From: Chrysemys picta bellii
Taxonomy: Eukaryota
DNA: 64,000 nucleotides
NCBI RefSeq assembly: GCF_011386835.1
Contig: NC_088801.1
Span: 49,228,001 to 49,292,000 of the forward strand
Direction: 5' to 3'
Shown here: positions 49,166-63,357 of the stretch, one piece after another
How positions within the stretch are numbered: the stretch's first letter is position 1
Layout of the letters: each line of letters opens with the position of its first letter
The notes under the pieces: model-generated
What the model was told of the DNA's origin: nothing
What the model saw: the letters and a program-made list of their open reading frames with translations, nothing else
Database searches by the model: none
Translations under genes and position numbers: made by a program

Positions 49166-50073
49166 TGCTCTGTAGTCACCTGAAGGGCAGGATTGGACTC
49201 CCGGAAGACTGGAGGTCCAACTGAAGCAAGGAAAACTTTTTGATGGCCCAAATATACAAAGTTTACAAAGCCTTGGCCTTGAATATTTTTTCCACTTGAG
49301 CTGAAAAGGCCGATTGCAAAACGTAAGCCCAGAGTTCTGCCCCCCAAAATGAAAAATCTGAAACACCACCAAAAGAGATGACCTTTTACCTCCATTTCAT
49401 ACAGTGAAGTTAGTATTCATGAAAGGTATCACATTAACAGTCCCAGGGATGGAGACCTTAACCTAATTACAGAGCAGTTATTTCCTAGAAAGCAACAGTA
49501 CAATTTTTCCAGTTCTGTCCCACAAGTGTACCTCATTCCTGACCTCGAAGGACCAATTCAAGGCCTTGCTGGGGGTAAGGCTGACACAATGATGACAGTT
49601 TGGTGGCTTCTTGGATGAGAATACATGTCCACTAAGAATTTATGATTTTATTCTTCAGTACTGAATTTTTTTTCCCCACATAGCATTGCTGTTATTTTTA
49701 TATGGATACCAACCTGCAAAGTGCTGTGTGCCGTTAATTACTTCTGAAATCAAGGGAATTTTAGGCTGCTCAACACTTAATATGTTTAAACCCTTAAGAA
49801 TGTCATGAAATATTTTAGAGGCAACACTCAAGTCTAAATTCAGGTCTTGCTAGGTAAGTTATTCTCGAATACTTTATCGCTAACATTCTTATTTATTTTA
49901 AAAGATAGAAGTGTAAATTTAAATTTCTATTTACAATTTTACATTTCTTATTGGGATCACAAATAGGGGGAGGCGGATTAAAAAAAAAAAACACCAAAAC
50001 AATTTCCTTTAACCCAAAGCCAAAATTAAGAAAGTGAAAAGAACAGGAAATAAATTGAAATCAGTTACTGTAC

Positions 50074-50115
50074 CTCTCCATTAAAAAAGCAGAAAATTGT
50101 AGCCACCAACAGACC
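50074..50115 (-). CDS. CALCRL: CALCRL exon (TM7): GLLVATIFCFFNGE
   Basis: 42 nt, ttgcag| ... GAG|gtacag, phase 0-0; class-B GPCR TM7 motif. Confidence 0.95.
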
Positions 50116-50518
50116 CTGCAAAATAAAACGTTTTCTCTTGATTTTTTCAATACATATAGATTTATTTAAATACAAGAATATATCTATATCTATCTATGTA
50201 GATATAGATATATATACACACACATACACCTAATAAAACTCAGATCTAGAGAGCAAAGGGAAAAAATGCATTTCAAATCTAAACTCAGTGGATTATTACC
50301 AATAATACAGATGGTCTGTTGGGCCAGCACTTTAGCATGACATTTTATTCCTTTTAAAGGATTAATCTAAACAAAATGAGAAATATAAGGCTATTAATAA
50401 GCAGAAGTTTTTTTTATAAAGATCTAAAAAAGGTTTAGAAATTAATTAATTTGCCTTTGTCATTCATTTATTTGCAATCATATTGCAAGTACTGTCTAGC
50501 TCAAGGGAACAAGTGCTA

Positions 50519-50845
<327 letters not shown>

Positions 50846-51533
50846 TTACTAAAGAAAACTCAGACTATATGTTATGTCATTAGACATGTATTCATTATAA
50901 CAAAATGTAGCATCTGAAACATCCTCTGTCTGGTTCGGATCTATACTTTGCACTTGGCGATTAGTTCTTCTCATGACAACTTGTTCCTTGTGATTCTATA
51001 TACATAATCATATATGCAATATATGCATAATTTTTTAAAGCTTGTACTTGTATAACAAGACAGGAACTCACCCCCAAAGAGACATACAGTCTAGCAGCCT
51101 GATCCTGCATTCCTTGCATATTCAAAATTCCCATTAACATCGGTGGGAATTTTTGGTGCCCAAGAAATGCAGGATCAGGATGTTAATCTGAATGGGTGAA
51201 ATTGTGGACCTGCTGAAGTGAATGGAAATTTTACTATTGACTTCAAAGGGGCCAGTATTTCACCCAAATTTATTGGACCAATCTTAGATGCTGGATTATG
51301 AAGAGAGTAGACTATATCATGGTATGTAAAATAATAGCTACAGCAGCTTCCATCCAAGGTTTTCAAACCACTTCCTAGACATTAATAAATAAATTCTCAC
51401 AACATACTCATGCAACAGAAAAGTATTGTAATCCCTATTTTACAAACTGGGAACTGACACACAGAGGGCTTGATTTAATGGAAGGTCTTGATCCACAGTC
51501 AGCTGAAGGTGATTAATTTCATCAGTTTCTAAA

Positions 51534-53869
51534 GGCTTGTCTACATAGTGCAGTGGTATACACCAGTGGGATGTAAATTCTAGTGCATACTGGCATGTCA
51601 TACACTCACTGGCCCACAGGGTCCCCATTGGCATGCAGTAAAAGTTTCCTAGTGTACAACATGCTTGTGCACACTAGAATTTATACCTCAGGCAGTGCAC
51701 ACTAATTTATTTAGCATTTGCATATTCTCTGAGCAAAGCAATAGCATTCTTAGCAGCCAAGTGGGGTTCTCAGAGCCCACCACTAAATTTGGTTAGTGGG
51801 CATACCTTGATAATGTGTGTCATTGTTTGATCTGCGCCAAAGATCCCAACGGTGCTGGGTGGCTGCGCAGAGGCCTTACCCAGTCCGGATTTGGTTAAGA
51901 AGGGCCCACAGATGACATGGCAGGTCGAAACTGGGTGGGTGAGCAGAAGGATCTGTGAAGAAGAACTTATTGGTGGTTGATATTAAGCACCAGTGTTCCC
52001 ACCACACGGACTCCGCTGTCACATTCTGGCATGGCAGCCTCAACCACAGTGGATGTTGTGATGGAAGACATGTAACTGGTGGGCAAAAAGGCAAGGGCAA
52101 GTGTGGGTTGGCATGTACCTTCTCAAGCAGCTTGCCTGCTGCAATCTCCATCCTGATGTAAGTGAGCAATGTGGCTCAGAACTGGAAGCCACAGAAGATG
52201 AGTCGGTTGGAGAGTTCATGTGATGATGCACATTGTTGAATTGAGTTGCACATCAACAAGTTTGATGTATGCTGACTGACTCCATACTGGCACTCCATTC
52301 TGCTCTTGAGTGCGAGATGGCAAGGGCTGAGTCCTTAGGGTTGGAGCATCCACTCCCCATGAAGAACCTGCCAGTTTGCTGAGAAGGTTGTTGCCTGTCT
52401 TGACCTTTGCTGCTATCTTGCTCAGCTGGCTTTTATATGTCAGTGTTTGGTCATGGGTCATGCCTAAGTAAACTGATTACACTTCATGCTTCAGCCTCTG
52501 GCCATTCATTGTGATGTTTAATTCCCTCTTAGTGTTGGCATGGTGGAGGTGAAATGTTCTAGAGACTGTCTTGCTGGTGCTAGGCTGAAGACGCCATGTC
52601 TTGAAGTAGTCGGCCAGCTTTGCAGCTTCGCCACTCAGGGTATTCTCCAGCTCATAGAAAGTGTAAGCCTGTAGCCCGCAGCAGATATTGTCTGCATAGA
52701 TGACTGGGTTGGTGGCAGGTCACTGATGTATAGATTGAACAAGGTGGCGGCTAGAATAGACCCTTGGGGTAACTCGCTCATCTGTTTTTATCAAAGCACT
52801 TGTTTTCTCACCATCATGCACCCTGAACCGTCTGTCTTAGAATAGCAGTTTGATGGCATCAGTAACCCATGGTTGGAGGACTCTTCATATTTTAACAAGT
52901 AGACCTGTGTGCCACGTATGCTGCAGTGAGGTCAAGGAAAATAGAACCCATTTTCAGATTTCTTTGAAAACTATTTTCGATTAATGTGGTTAGTGCAAGT
53001 ACTTAGTTGCATGTGCTTCGACTTTGTTGAAAGCCTGCTTGCTCAACATTAAAAATATTCTCCATCTCTGGTGTTATTCACTGTAAAATGAGGCACTCTA
53101 GAACCTTAAGAAACACAGAAAGCAGCAATATCGGGTGGTAGCTTGAGGCCTGGTTTGGGTCTTTACCAGATTTTGGGAGGCCGATGACTTTTGACATGTG
53201 CCAGATTTTTGGCAGTCTTCCTTCATTGGTGACCCATGTGAAGAATTGAGCAAGCCAAGAATGGGGGCATGGGCCAAGATGTTTCAGGAACTCTGGAAGG
53301 ATGTTGTCTTAGCTGGCAGTGGTGCCAGACTTGATGTTATGTAGCACTCTGTCCAGCTCTGGATTTGTGCTGCCTGTGGAAGATCCTCCACTCGCTCTGG
53401 ACTTGACTCTTCATTTCTTTTTCCAGAGGTGTCTTTCCTGTGTGAAGCAGGTGATTGGCTATTTGGTTAGTACTCACAGATGATCGGCTTGGTGTCAGTG
53501 GTTGCTAGGCTATTCCAAAGTAACAAAGTAAACTCCAGCATTTCTGGCTGGAACGTGTACAGTCCAGGTTCTTGGTCTTGATCTTTTCCTCCCCTCTGGC
53601 TCAGTGAGCACAGCTCAAAGTTTCAATTAAGTGGTTGGCCAGGTCTGGGTCACCAGTTGACTCATACTGCTTGAGCAGAGCGGCGTACTCCTACATACTT
53701 CAGCCCACATCCAGCATCATGCTAAATCTTGCAGAATTTTCCACACAGCCTGCACAGACCATTAGTGATCCATATTAATCTTCATCTAACAATTGCCATG
53801 AGTACTGAGAAGCAGCAGCGGAACATGCGCAAAGCCACCTACACAGTAATGCACCATGTAGACAAACCC
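51534..53869. mobile_element. Palindromic MITE (ggcttgtctaca...tgtagacaaacc) split by the Vingi-like LINE
   Basis: Left part 51534-51703 and right remnant about 53840-53869 have complementary termini. Confidence 0.55.
51704..53840 (-). mobile_element. Degenerate Vingi/Ingi-like non-LTR retrotransposon with a 5' inverted segment
   Basis: Minus strand encodes LPQGSILAATLFNLYI, IYADNIC, LTYKSQLSKIAAKVKTGNNLLSKLAGSSWGVDAPTLR, QTMTHII..CP, and ends in TAAATAAAT. About 53735-53840 encodes FPHSLHRPLVIHI...RNMRKAT on the plus strand. Confidence 0.75.
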
Positions 53870-56800
53870 AGAGTGAATTGCCCAAAGTCACACAGGAAGT
53901 CAGAGGCAGAGTTGGATATAGAACCAATAGCAACTAATGCACAGTCCTGTGCCATAGCTACAAAATCATCCTGCCCCTCTAGTTTTGAAGCAGAGTGAAG
54001 CCTGTCTAGGTGGATCTTCTACTTGTGTCTAAGTGCAGTTCTCTAGAAAGGTGCCAATTCATTTCCAGATAAGGCCATATACTCTTTTTGCTTTACCCAA
54101 GTGAGTAGTGCTGCTGACCTCTATGGGACTGCTGACATGGGTAAAGTGAGCACTGTAGACAGGAGCTAAGAGTAAAATGTAGGTAACAAATTTTGCTATG
54201 CCAGCGGCAGAGACAAGTGAAATAAAAAGCTTTTTGGACATTTGTGGAAATAAAAAACTCACTGATGCAGTTGTTAGCCTGCCACTCCGAATGTGTACAC
54301 TTTATGAGGCATTCATTGCTCTCAGAAATCAATCACAAAATACACAGGGATAGAAAAAACAGCTATAAAATTATTACTTGCCTTTTTAGCATACAGATAC
54401 ATACAATTTTAAAATTGACATTTTCATTGTTCACAGAGGTCAGCAACCTTTTATTATAGAAAAGTCAAAGAGGAAGGCTTTTGAGTCAACAGATTTTGTA
54501 TTACAGTTTAACTAAAACTGCATCCCTGTTATCTAGAGCTGATCAAAAATCTTTGATCAAAACTTTTTTCAACATAAAATGTATGGAAATTTTCAAGAAA
54601 AAAATTCAATTTTTCATCAAAAATGTTTGGGTTTTCATGGAGTACCCTCCCCCACCTAAAAATTGATTCCCCTCTCCCCTAGTTTTCATCAATCAAAAAA
54701 GCCAAAAACTGGGGAAAAAATTCTGTTGTCAGTTTTGATTTTTCAATGAAAATCCAAAACACTTGAAAGAAAAATTTGGACAAATGATTTTTTTAAATTT
54801 TAGTCAAAACTTTTTAAAAGAAAAAAAAAGTGTTTCTTGACCATTTTTACAGTAGACCCATAGGATATGCTGTTATAACTTAAAGGCATAACAAAGTGAC
54901 AAATACTCAGATTATTCAGTAGTATTGTAAATTAAATGACATTTCTATTAGCTACAATGGTCTGATGGTACTCTCCATGTTATTTTACCATATAGAACAA
55001 AGTGATAAGAGCATATTTTAGGAATTTGGACCAGATTTTCAAAGGCATTTAGATGCCTAACTCCCACAGATCTCCCGTTGACCTTTGAGGATTTGGGCCT
55101 TTGCTTCATTGTTAAGGAGTGATCCCAAAAAGTAATGAGCAACCATAAATTTTGCTGAAGTCAATGAGAATTTGGGTTCCTCTTTACCTCTCCCAGTAAA
55201 ACCTTTTCTTGCTAATATTTCAATATGTTTCAAAGTGAATGAACAAACCACTTGTGGTCTAGTTTACAAGCATGTGCCCTAAATCTAATTAATTAATAAG
55301 TGTGCAAATAAACCATTAGAAGATGCAAGTGTGACAAATATATAACTGTTTATTATTGTTGTTTATTTATTTGTGGTAGTGTCACAGACATGGAAGATGA
55401 GATGGTTCCTTCCCTGAAGAGCTCACAGTATAAGCACAGCCAGGTAGACAAACAAACGAAGTCAGAGAAGAGGATAAAACTGACAACTTTGCATTGAATT
55501 TTCATGTATCATTGTATAATGGCAGCAGTTGTCTAATCTCAGACATGTTGTAAGGTAATGACTCTCCTTCCTGCCTATGGGATAAGTCCTTTTAAAGACA
55601 GCAATACCTCTGGCTGAGGGCACTTGCCTCCAAATAGTAGCCTCATTGGCCAAACCATTGATTAACTTCCCTTGTATGAAGTTGTTTAGGGACAAAAGGA
55701 GCTTTCCAATCTTAGTTCTCTAAATTGGTATTTTTCCCCCCTGAAGAAGAGACATCAAGTTAATCACCACCCGAGACTCATGGGTGAGGTCTGTATGGCA
55801 ATCCCATCTCTCTGAACAAGAATGAGAGGCTGACTGGTGCAGATAGCCATTACCAGTATAGGATCCCATATTTAAGAACTTGGTCTAGATATAGTCTTTA
55901 ACAGCGTGGGGAGATGCAGAAGATCTCCCGGCAGGTGTACCAATGCAAAGAATAGGGGAAGGTGCCAGTACAAGTAAATGCCCTCCTTTCTACAACAAGC
56001 AGGACTTCCTCCTCTAGGGTATAGATCTTTTTTGTCTCACTATAATAAAGTTGTGACCTGGTTAGCAACCCTGTATACAACAGCATTCCTGTCACGTAAA
56101 TAATGGACTCATGATAAACAGCTGTTTATGGTTCCAGCAACATGGTATTAGGTGGATGTGCTATGTTATTTATATTCCACTTATGAGCTATTTAAATCAA
56201 TTTAATAGGAAATTGCTTTACATAGGAAACTTCTGCATGAGTTTCTGCTGGAAACTAGCAACTACCTTTTAGCTTTGTTTAGGCAATCAAGGTCTTCTGA
56301 TTCTTTCTCAAGGGATTTATTTAGGTTTCAGGCAGCCTACCATCCTCATCTAACTTCCTATTGTACATTCCAACAATATGTCCTTCCTTCATTGCTAATT
56401 TTAAGCTCTCTCACACTTAGATCTATTACTTTAATACAAAATGGTTCTCTGAAACTTGTAGTTTACATATCTGTGAAGCTTTGGGAATTTGACTGAATTA
56501 GCACAAAATATTTTTAATGCAGATCTTCAGCTTGAAGATTAATTAAACAGCAAATTAACAAAAGTTAAAGGTGAGTAGCTCATAACAGAACTATTTCATT
56601 CATAAAATCTTATTCGTGTTTATATTTCATTTTTTAAAATAGAACATGCCACTTTCCCACCATAAACACATTCACACAATTTGCAAGGCTAACTAGTGCA
56701 GATATTAGAACAAATGAATCAAATAAATGAGTTTAGTGATGTGGCAAAGTAGAGTGCAGACCCGAGAAAAGGAGCAGCAGAAATATGCAGTAATCTCTTT

Positions 56801-56970
56801 TGCCAGGAATAGAGACTTTTTCCAAAATGCTAAAACTGAGAGATTGTGATGGCCTGATTTCTTACCAAAATAGCAAAAGCAGGTCCTGATTCAGGAAATT
56901 ACTTTAGCACATGCAAAATTTTAAGCACGGATAGTCCCATTGTCATCAATGTGACTACTCACATGTATAT

Positions 56971-57014
56971 TTCAGAGTAGCAGCCGTGTTAGTCTGTTAG
57001 TCTGTATCTTCTTT
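56971..57014. mobile_element. 44-bp Penelope-like terminal fragment
   Basis: ttcagagtagcagccgtgttagtctgttagtctgtatc... flanked by 12-bp TSD tcacatgtatat (56959-56970 / 57015-57026). Confidence 0.85.
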
Positions 57015-57049
57015 TCACATGTATATATGTATTATGGTAATAACTACAA

Positions 57050-57293
57050 GACCCAACTGAGTTTGGAGTCCCATTGGGCTAGGTACAGTGAAAACTCATA
57101 GGAAGAAATAGTCCCTGCCTCACAGAGTTTACCCAAGTCAAGTCAGACAAAGGTTGGGAGGGGAAATAGATGTACATAGAGGGGAAATGACTTGCCCAAG
57201 GTCACACAGCAAGTCAGTGGCAAAGGTAGAAACTTAAGGTTGGTCTCATGAGTTTCAGTCCAGTGCCCCATCCATCGGACCATACTGCCTCTC
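57050..57293 (-). mobile_element. MIR-like SINE
   Basis: aaatgacttgcccaaggtcacacagcaagtcagtggcaaagg...tcagtccagtgccc...ggaccatactgcctctc. Confidence 0.7.
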
Positions 57294-60200
57294 ATGTTAA
57301 AGTTACATACCTTGCTGAATCTACCTTGTCTTGTTAGCTACCTTGCCGAATTGTGGTCTTCAGTCTTATTTAAAGAACTGTCAAGGAAAAAATACACTAA
57401 ACTATTGTAACATATTCCTACTTATAGAGTGGTAGAAATAATTTTAAAATCTGTCCTTTTCAGTGGCAGAAATAAAAACTTCAGCATAGAAAAAAACATT
57501 TGTTAATATAGCTGAAGTCAAAACTGCTTTTACTTAAATTAAAATACCACTGCTGTTCTTTTTTTTCCATTCTGATCTATGATTCTCCTCAATTGGAGAA
57601 ACTGACATCGGCCTCCATTTCCCCATTCCCCTGCTAGTTCTTTATTCATGACTCTTTAGGCAAACATTTGCAACTCACTGGGCAACTGGAGACAACCCCA
57701 GTCAAGATACAAATAGATAGCTGCTCCTTTCTTGGGCCTAGATTTGATCACAATTACATAATAACATGGCTTCTAAAAGCATTCTTGTTAACTTCATGGA
57801 GGATGGGACTTTCAAAGCAGCCTAAGGGAGTTAGGAACCCATTTCCCATTGACTCCTCCTCTGAAAATCCCAGCTGGGGTCTTTAAGATGTTGCTCCTAC
57901 AAGGAGAAAAAACACTTTCCCCTAGTTATCTTGTTTATAGTTTAATATTGTTGCTTACAGTTGTACTAAAGCAGGTCATGCTTAGTTAAGTGTGGAAATT
58001 GGATTGGCAGTCAAACTTCTTCAGCCATGAGGGTTCTGCTTATACAGCCAAAGCACATGCATTTAGTCTTCCGTTTTATCCCTGACTTGTCTTTTTTTAA
58101 TCAATGTATAACATCTAACTATTATCAGGATGGAAAAGTACAGTAACCCTTTCAAAAAGGATCTCTTTCATTCGCACATGTCATGGGCAAGATTTACAAC
58201 CCTGTTCAGTTTTCATCATCTCTGCATCCATATTTTTTTCCTGCCTCAGTGCCCAGGAAACATATACTGAGAGTAAGAGCCACATTTTCAACTTCCTTTT
58301 CATTAAACATTCATGCAGGAATATTAAAGTTGTACAAATATTTAAATAAATAAAAACAGCTGGACATAGAGATTTACAAGACTCAAACACATTGTGCGCC
58401 TGATATTGCTGTCATTGAAATCAAAGGGCATTTTTATTGTTGACTTTGATGGGAACAATGCTGGGCAGTTTGGGCCTGACCCAGAGTCCACTGAAATCAA
58501 TGGGATTCTTGCCATTGCTTTCAATAGGCTTTGGATCAGGTACTTTGTGCCTGTGTATCTTTGATATTGATTGGTTGGAGGTGTGGGGAGGAAGGAAGAT
58601 ATGAAATTTGGCAAATGAGGCCAGACCCTGCAAGGTGTGCTAGTTTTCATGAAATTCAGAGCTCAAATGTGTAAACTAAGAAAGATACAAATGACATCTC
58701 AGCCTTAGCACTGACAGCATAGTGACGTATGTGACATCTCTGGGACTAGACAATTTTGGATTAAAGAAATAGTAGCATATTAATATAAAATAGAGTAGCA
58801 TGCATTTTCTGGCCCTATTGAAGTAAATGGCAAAACTCCTACTGATGTTAATTGAGCTGGGATCTCACCCTCTGTATATGTTGGGGAGAGGAAAGGTTAG
58901 ATGGATTTAGAACTGGTTTTCAGACTAGAGGAAATACTAGAGCCCAAGTACTTTCAAGTCACAACATCTACAGGTATGGAAGACCTGATTGTCAGGGTAG
59001 AGGGAGGCAGGATACAGGGAATCTCTTCAGGGGTCCCTGCCCCACTGGTCACGGATCACAGTTCCAGAGGAACACATTGTGCTTCATTATGGAGAGGGTT
59101 TGGAGTGGGACAAAGACAAGGGATTCTCAACTACATTAATTCACTAGCTAATCACCCTGTAAAGGGGGCATGAGTATCTATGTACCCCATGGACCTCCTC
59201 AGCAAACATTTCTCAAAAGCTAAGATAATAGGCTGCGCAATGGGTTCAGGATTCTGCCCTAGGAGGATGTGGAGAGGGGAGAAGAAATCCTATTTTCTTA
59301 TTTTAGTTGGCAGAAAACTGAGATTAAATGTAGGCAGAGCAGGTAACAATGTCTAGATATAATTTCCATTGACTCTAGTGGGTATTGAATCAGGGCCACT
59401 GTTGGATCCAGCCCACAGTTAAAGTGGGACCAATGTTTCCATTCTAAGGGATAATTTTCAGTTGTTTATAATATTATAATATTTTCAATCTTTTTTCCTT
59501 TCTGGCTGAAATCTGTCAGATTCATTCTTAGTCTAGGAGAGAAAGTTTTCTGGAATGTTGGAGTCAAAAAGGTTCAGTCATTTTCATGGAGAAAAGTGAC
59601 AAATTGCATTTTCCCCAGTATAATTTTTTTTGTACCAGTCAGTGAGAGCTGGGTCCCTAATGCTGGATATTGAGTTTATGTCCTGCAGTAATTTCATGAA
59701 AGTAATTGTGATGTCATGCATTTGTGACACTGAAGTGGGAATTTAAAGTGGTTATAATATGAGAACAAATGGCTTCAAAGCAGGCATCAAAAGAAGGAGA
59801 GAGACTGTGAATGTCTAGAACCTCCCTCTACTTTGCATAAATATCTTTGATGATTATCAAAAAAAGAATAAACAAATAAACAAATAAACAAATAAATAAA
59901 TAAAACAATGCATTAAAAGTAAATGGATTTAGAGGGTGAGATTTTCAGACATGCTCAGTGTCAGTCTAGTGAAATCAATTGCAAAACTCCCCTAGACTTC
60001 AGTGGGAGCAGACTTACAAAAAAGCACTCAGTGTTGGCCTATTTAAATATGCCAGCTTTTTGTTGGTCTTTTCTGTATGAAAGTCTCTACATTACAAAAT
60101 TTGAACAAAATTTGAACAAAGGCCCAGGCCAAACCAGCTAATAACAAAGCGAATAAACTGGTCATGATAAGCATTAAAGGTTCAGTCACTGACGCACTTC

Positions 60201-60639
60201 ATTAACATTATGAGGCATCACCAACTGGTTGGAGATAGCCAGTGGCCCACACATTCTGTCTTCTGTACAAAGATGACATGCAAATAGAAACAATTTCAAC
60301 CTCAGGGGCAACTTTGAACTATTTACCAAAATATTGTTCAATTTATAAATTTTTAATAAAACTGCCTTGTGTGAATTGGAAAGTGATAGGAAAAATTAAA
60401 GTCGGTGTGTTTTTACATGCTAATTTTGCTGAGTTCAGCCAGTCCAAGTTTTCTGATTATCTTTTACTAAAGGGAATTATTTTAATGTGTACAGTCATTG
60501 ACATGTTAAGGTTAATTTATAAAATGATACCACCAATGGATAACAATTTAGCAGACCTTTTATATGCATTTTTCATAGTTATTAATTGCCAAGATAGCTG
60601 TGCTTGTATATGTATATATAAAATAGAAAATCTTTCTTT

Positions 60640-60744
60640 AATCATAGAATAGAATCATAGACTATCAGGGTTGGAAGGGACCTCAGGAGGTCTTCTAGTC
60701 CAACCCCCTGCTCAAAGCAGGACCAATCCCTAACTAAATCATCC
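60640..60744 (-). mobile_element. CR1 extreme 3' end
   Basis: atcatagaatagaatcatagactatcagggttggaagggacctcaggaggtcttctagtccaaccccctgctcaaagcagg. Confidence 0.85.
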
Positions 60745-61001
60745 AATTTTTTGCCCCAGCTTGAAAACTCTGTAGCTGAGGGCTGTAACATACTCTATCC
60801 TGTTGATTGGATACAGAAGGGGACCCGTAATATACATTCGCTGGTGTTTTGCACTTAAACCATTAGTGAATCTGTCCTCTTGTCTTCACAGTCACACCAT
60901 TTTTGTGGTGAGAGATATTGACCCTACCAATTCTGTAAAAAGACTAGGAACAATCAGGAAATTGACAAGAAAAAACAAATGATCATATGAAAAACACCTA
61001 C

Positions 61002-61068
61002 CACTAAAGCAGCACAAATAGGCCCATGGATAATGTACAGCAGATGAGTTTCAGAACTGATCCAGCAG
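61002..61068 (-). CDS. CALCRL: CALCRL exon (ECL2-TM5): (N)[22 protein letters not shown]
   Basis: 67 nt, ctccacag| ... GTG|gtaggt, phase 2-0. Confidence 0.95.
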
Positions 61069-61176
61069 CTGTGGAGAAAAATGGAAAGAATAACCATTTG
61101 GGCTTTTGATTAATTACCATCTCTCTTTGAAAGAAAATGTTACATTTTTAGAAACAAAAGCTGAGATTTTACTTAC

Positions 61177-61237
61177 TTGTCATTGAAATACATACTTCTT
61201 GCTACAGCGTGTATGCAGGCAGGGATCAATGGGAATC
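61177..61237 (-). CDS. CALCRL: CALCRL exon (TM4-ECL2): (G)FPLIPACIHAVARSMYFND(N)
   Basis: 61 nt, ttctcag| ... AA|gtaagt, phase 1-2. A 108-bp intron separates it from the next exon. Confidence 0.95.
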
Positions 61238-61354
61238 CTGAGAACAGCAAATTTATAAATCAGCCTAATTCAAAGATTAATTCTGTCATTAATTCTGTTA
61301 AAATGACAATCGGGAAGTGTTAAACATAATGAACCTAATTTCATCCTGCATGCC

Positions 61355-61415
61355 TAGGGTGACCAGATAGCAAGTGTAAAAAATCAGGACAGAGGGTGGG
61401 AGGTAATAGGTGCAC
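61355..61415. mobile_element. Isolated terminus of a hAT-type MITE
   Basis: tagggtgaccagatagcaagtgtaaaaaatcaggaca, related to the TIR at 44994. No partner end found. Confidence 0.55.
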
Positions 61416-63138
61416 AGATATACATGATTTCAGGTACTTTTTGATTTGAATGAGATTTTTCCAGAGTAAGGCCTAATGTAGCAAGCATCTGTGTTGAAAA
61501 ATCTAATCCTGAGTAATAGTGCAGCAAGTAAGGCTCCAATCCAGCAAAACATTTAAGCAAGTGAGTCGACCCATTGACTTTGTAAAATTAAGCACATGCT
61601 TAAAGCTCTGCTGGATGAAAGCCCTGAGTAGGAAGACAGATTGAAAATTTAAAATCAGACCAGGTAAGTTAATGTAACAACATTTTTCATCTATTGTTTT
61701 CATTCTCACACTGGAAAATTAATGCTCATTTTTAGGCATGTTTCTTTACATTAGTGTAATTCTGTGCAGATTGCTAGACAAGCCCCCTCTAATTCACTAG
61801 TGTTTTTGTACATACAGCAGTATGAACAGCCATGCAATTGTACTGGTTATGTTTTGCTTGTTTTCTGTGTGTTTTGTTGGTTTCTAGTACATGGAAAATA
61901 ACTAGGAAACAAATATTTGCATCAGCCTTGGGAATCTTATATTTTTTCACTTCAACCATGCTATGTGTTGCAAAACCATATAGCACTATACAGCAAAACA
62001 TCATTTGATTTGCTCCAATGTCTGTCCTGTCATATGGAAATGTAGTCCAGTGTGTTGTATTATTAGGAAATTTGTACTTGTCTATATAAATAAATCTTAT
62101 GTCAAATCGTAAACAAAAAGGCATTTTAAAAAAGTACAACTCCAACCATACTGACATTTTCCAGACTGAAAGCTATATTAATGCTTAATGGAATATGCAT
62201 AAAAGTTCACAGTCTCAACAGGGTTAATTAAAATGCCTCTAGAATAATTTTTATATGTACTTGAGTATATAAAAATAAAACTACCAGAAAAGAGGTTTAA
62301 AATACTTTATTGAATCCCTAATTACCTACATTTTGAACAGTGATTTTTGGTGCCGAATCTGAGACAACATAAAAGGGCCTGATTTTCAGAAACTGCTGAG
62401 CACCTATGCTCTCAAAATCAGGTCTCTTGAATGTGTCTCAAGATGAGCAACCAAAAGCTGAAGCGTACAAAATCACTAGTCACTTCAGAAAATTTCGGCC
62501 TAAAAGCTTTGTGAAAATACAGCCAGAAGCCTGAGACCTGACTTTTGTGAAAGTGCTATCCCACACTGCCTTAATCTGTCATGTTCAGTTTGTGGTCTTT
62601 GGTATTGTTCTTTACGTAAGCTCTTTACCTACAGTAATTCTCTATTTGCTTTGTGAGAAATACAAGTCAAGCGGAACCTCTGGAAAAATAAATGCTTGGC
62701 CTTCCCCAATTCAGTTTTGACCCTCCTCCACCCTAGGCATGGTGAGACGTCTCTGAAAACAAACCTTCATTCCTGTATAAACATCTTCAAAATGAGAAAC
62801 AATGAATAATTACTTCTTATTGTCTCTTCATAATAAGAGGCGTTTTTCTTTATGCAAAGGAGGAGTCACTTCCTGACTTCTCCAGTACATAATCTGTCTT
62901 TTAGCAAAGACAGAGGTATATGCAAAAAGCTGTGCGAAAACAGTAAGGACATATTGAATTTCAGAGAAACAAAATTGATCTGATACACATTGCTGAAATA
63001 CTTGCGTACACAGTATTAGTTTTATAGATTTAAACTAAAAATGATGGTTTCGCCCTCCTCCCCTGCCCGCCCCCCAAAAAACTCTTGAGGCAGCAGCAGT
63101 TTGTTTTTTGTTTTTAAAGAGAACAATTTATGGAATTA

Positions 63139-63357
<219 letters not shown>

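Noticed and set aside
58901-59173. ORF segment LIVRVEGGRIQG resembling a carboxylesterase N-terminus
   Set aside because: Short similarity only, no further motifs or exons; probably an old repeat or chance.
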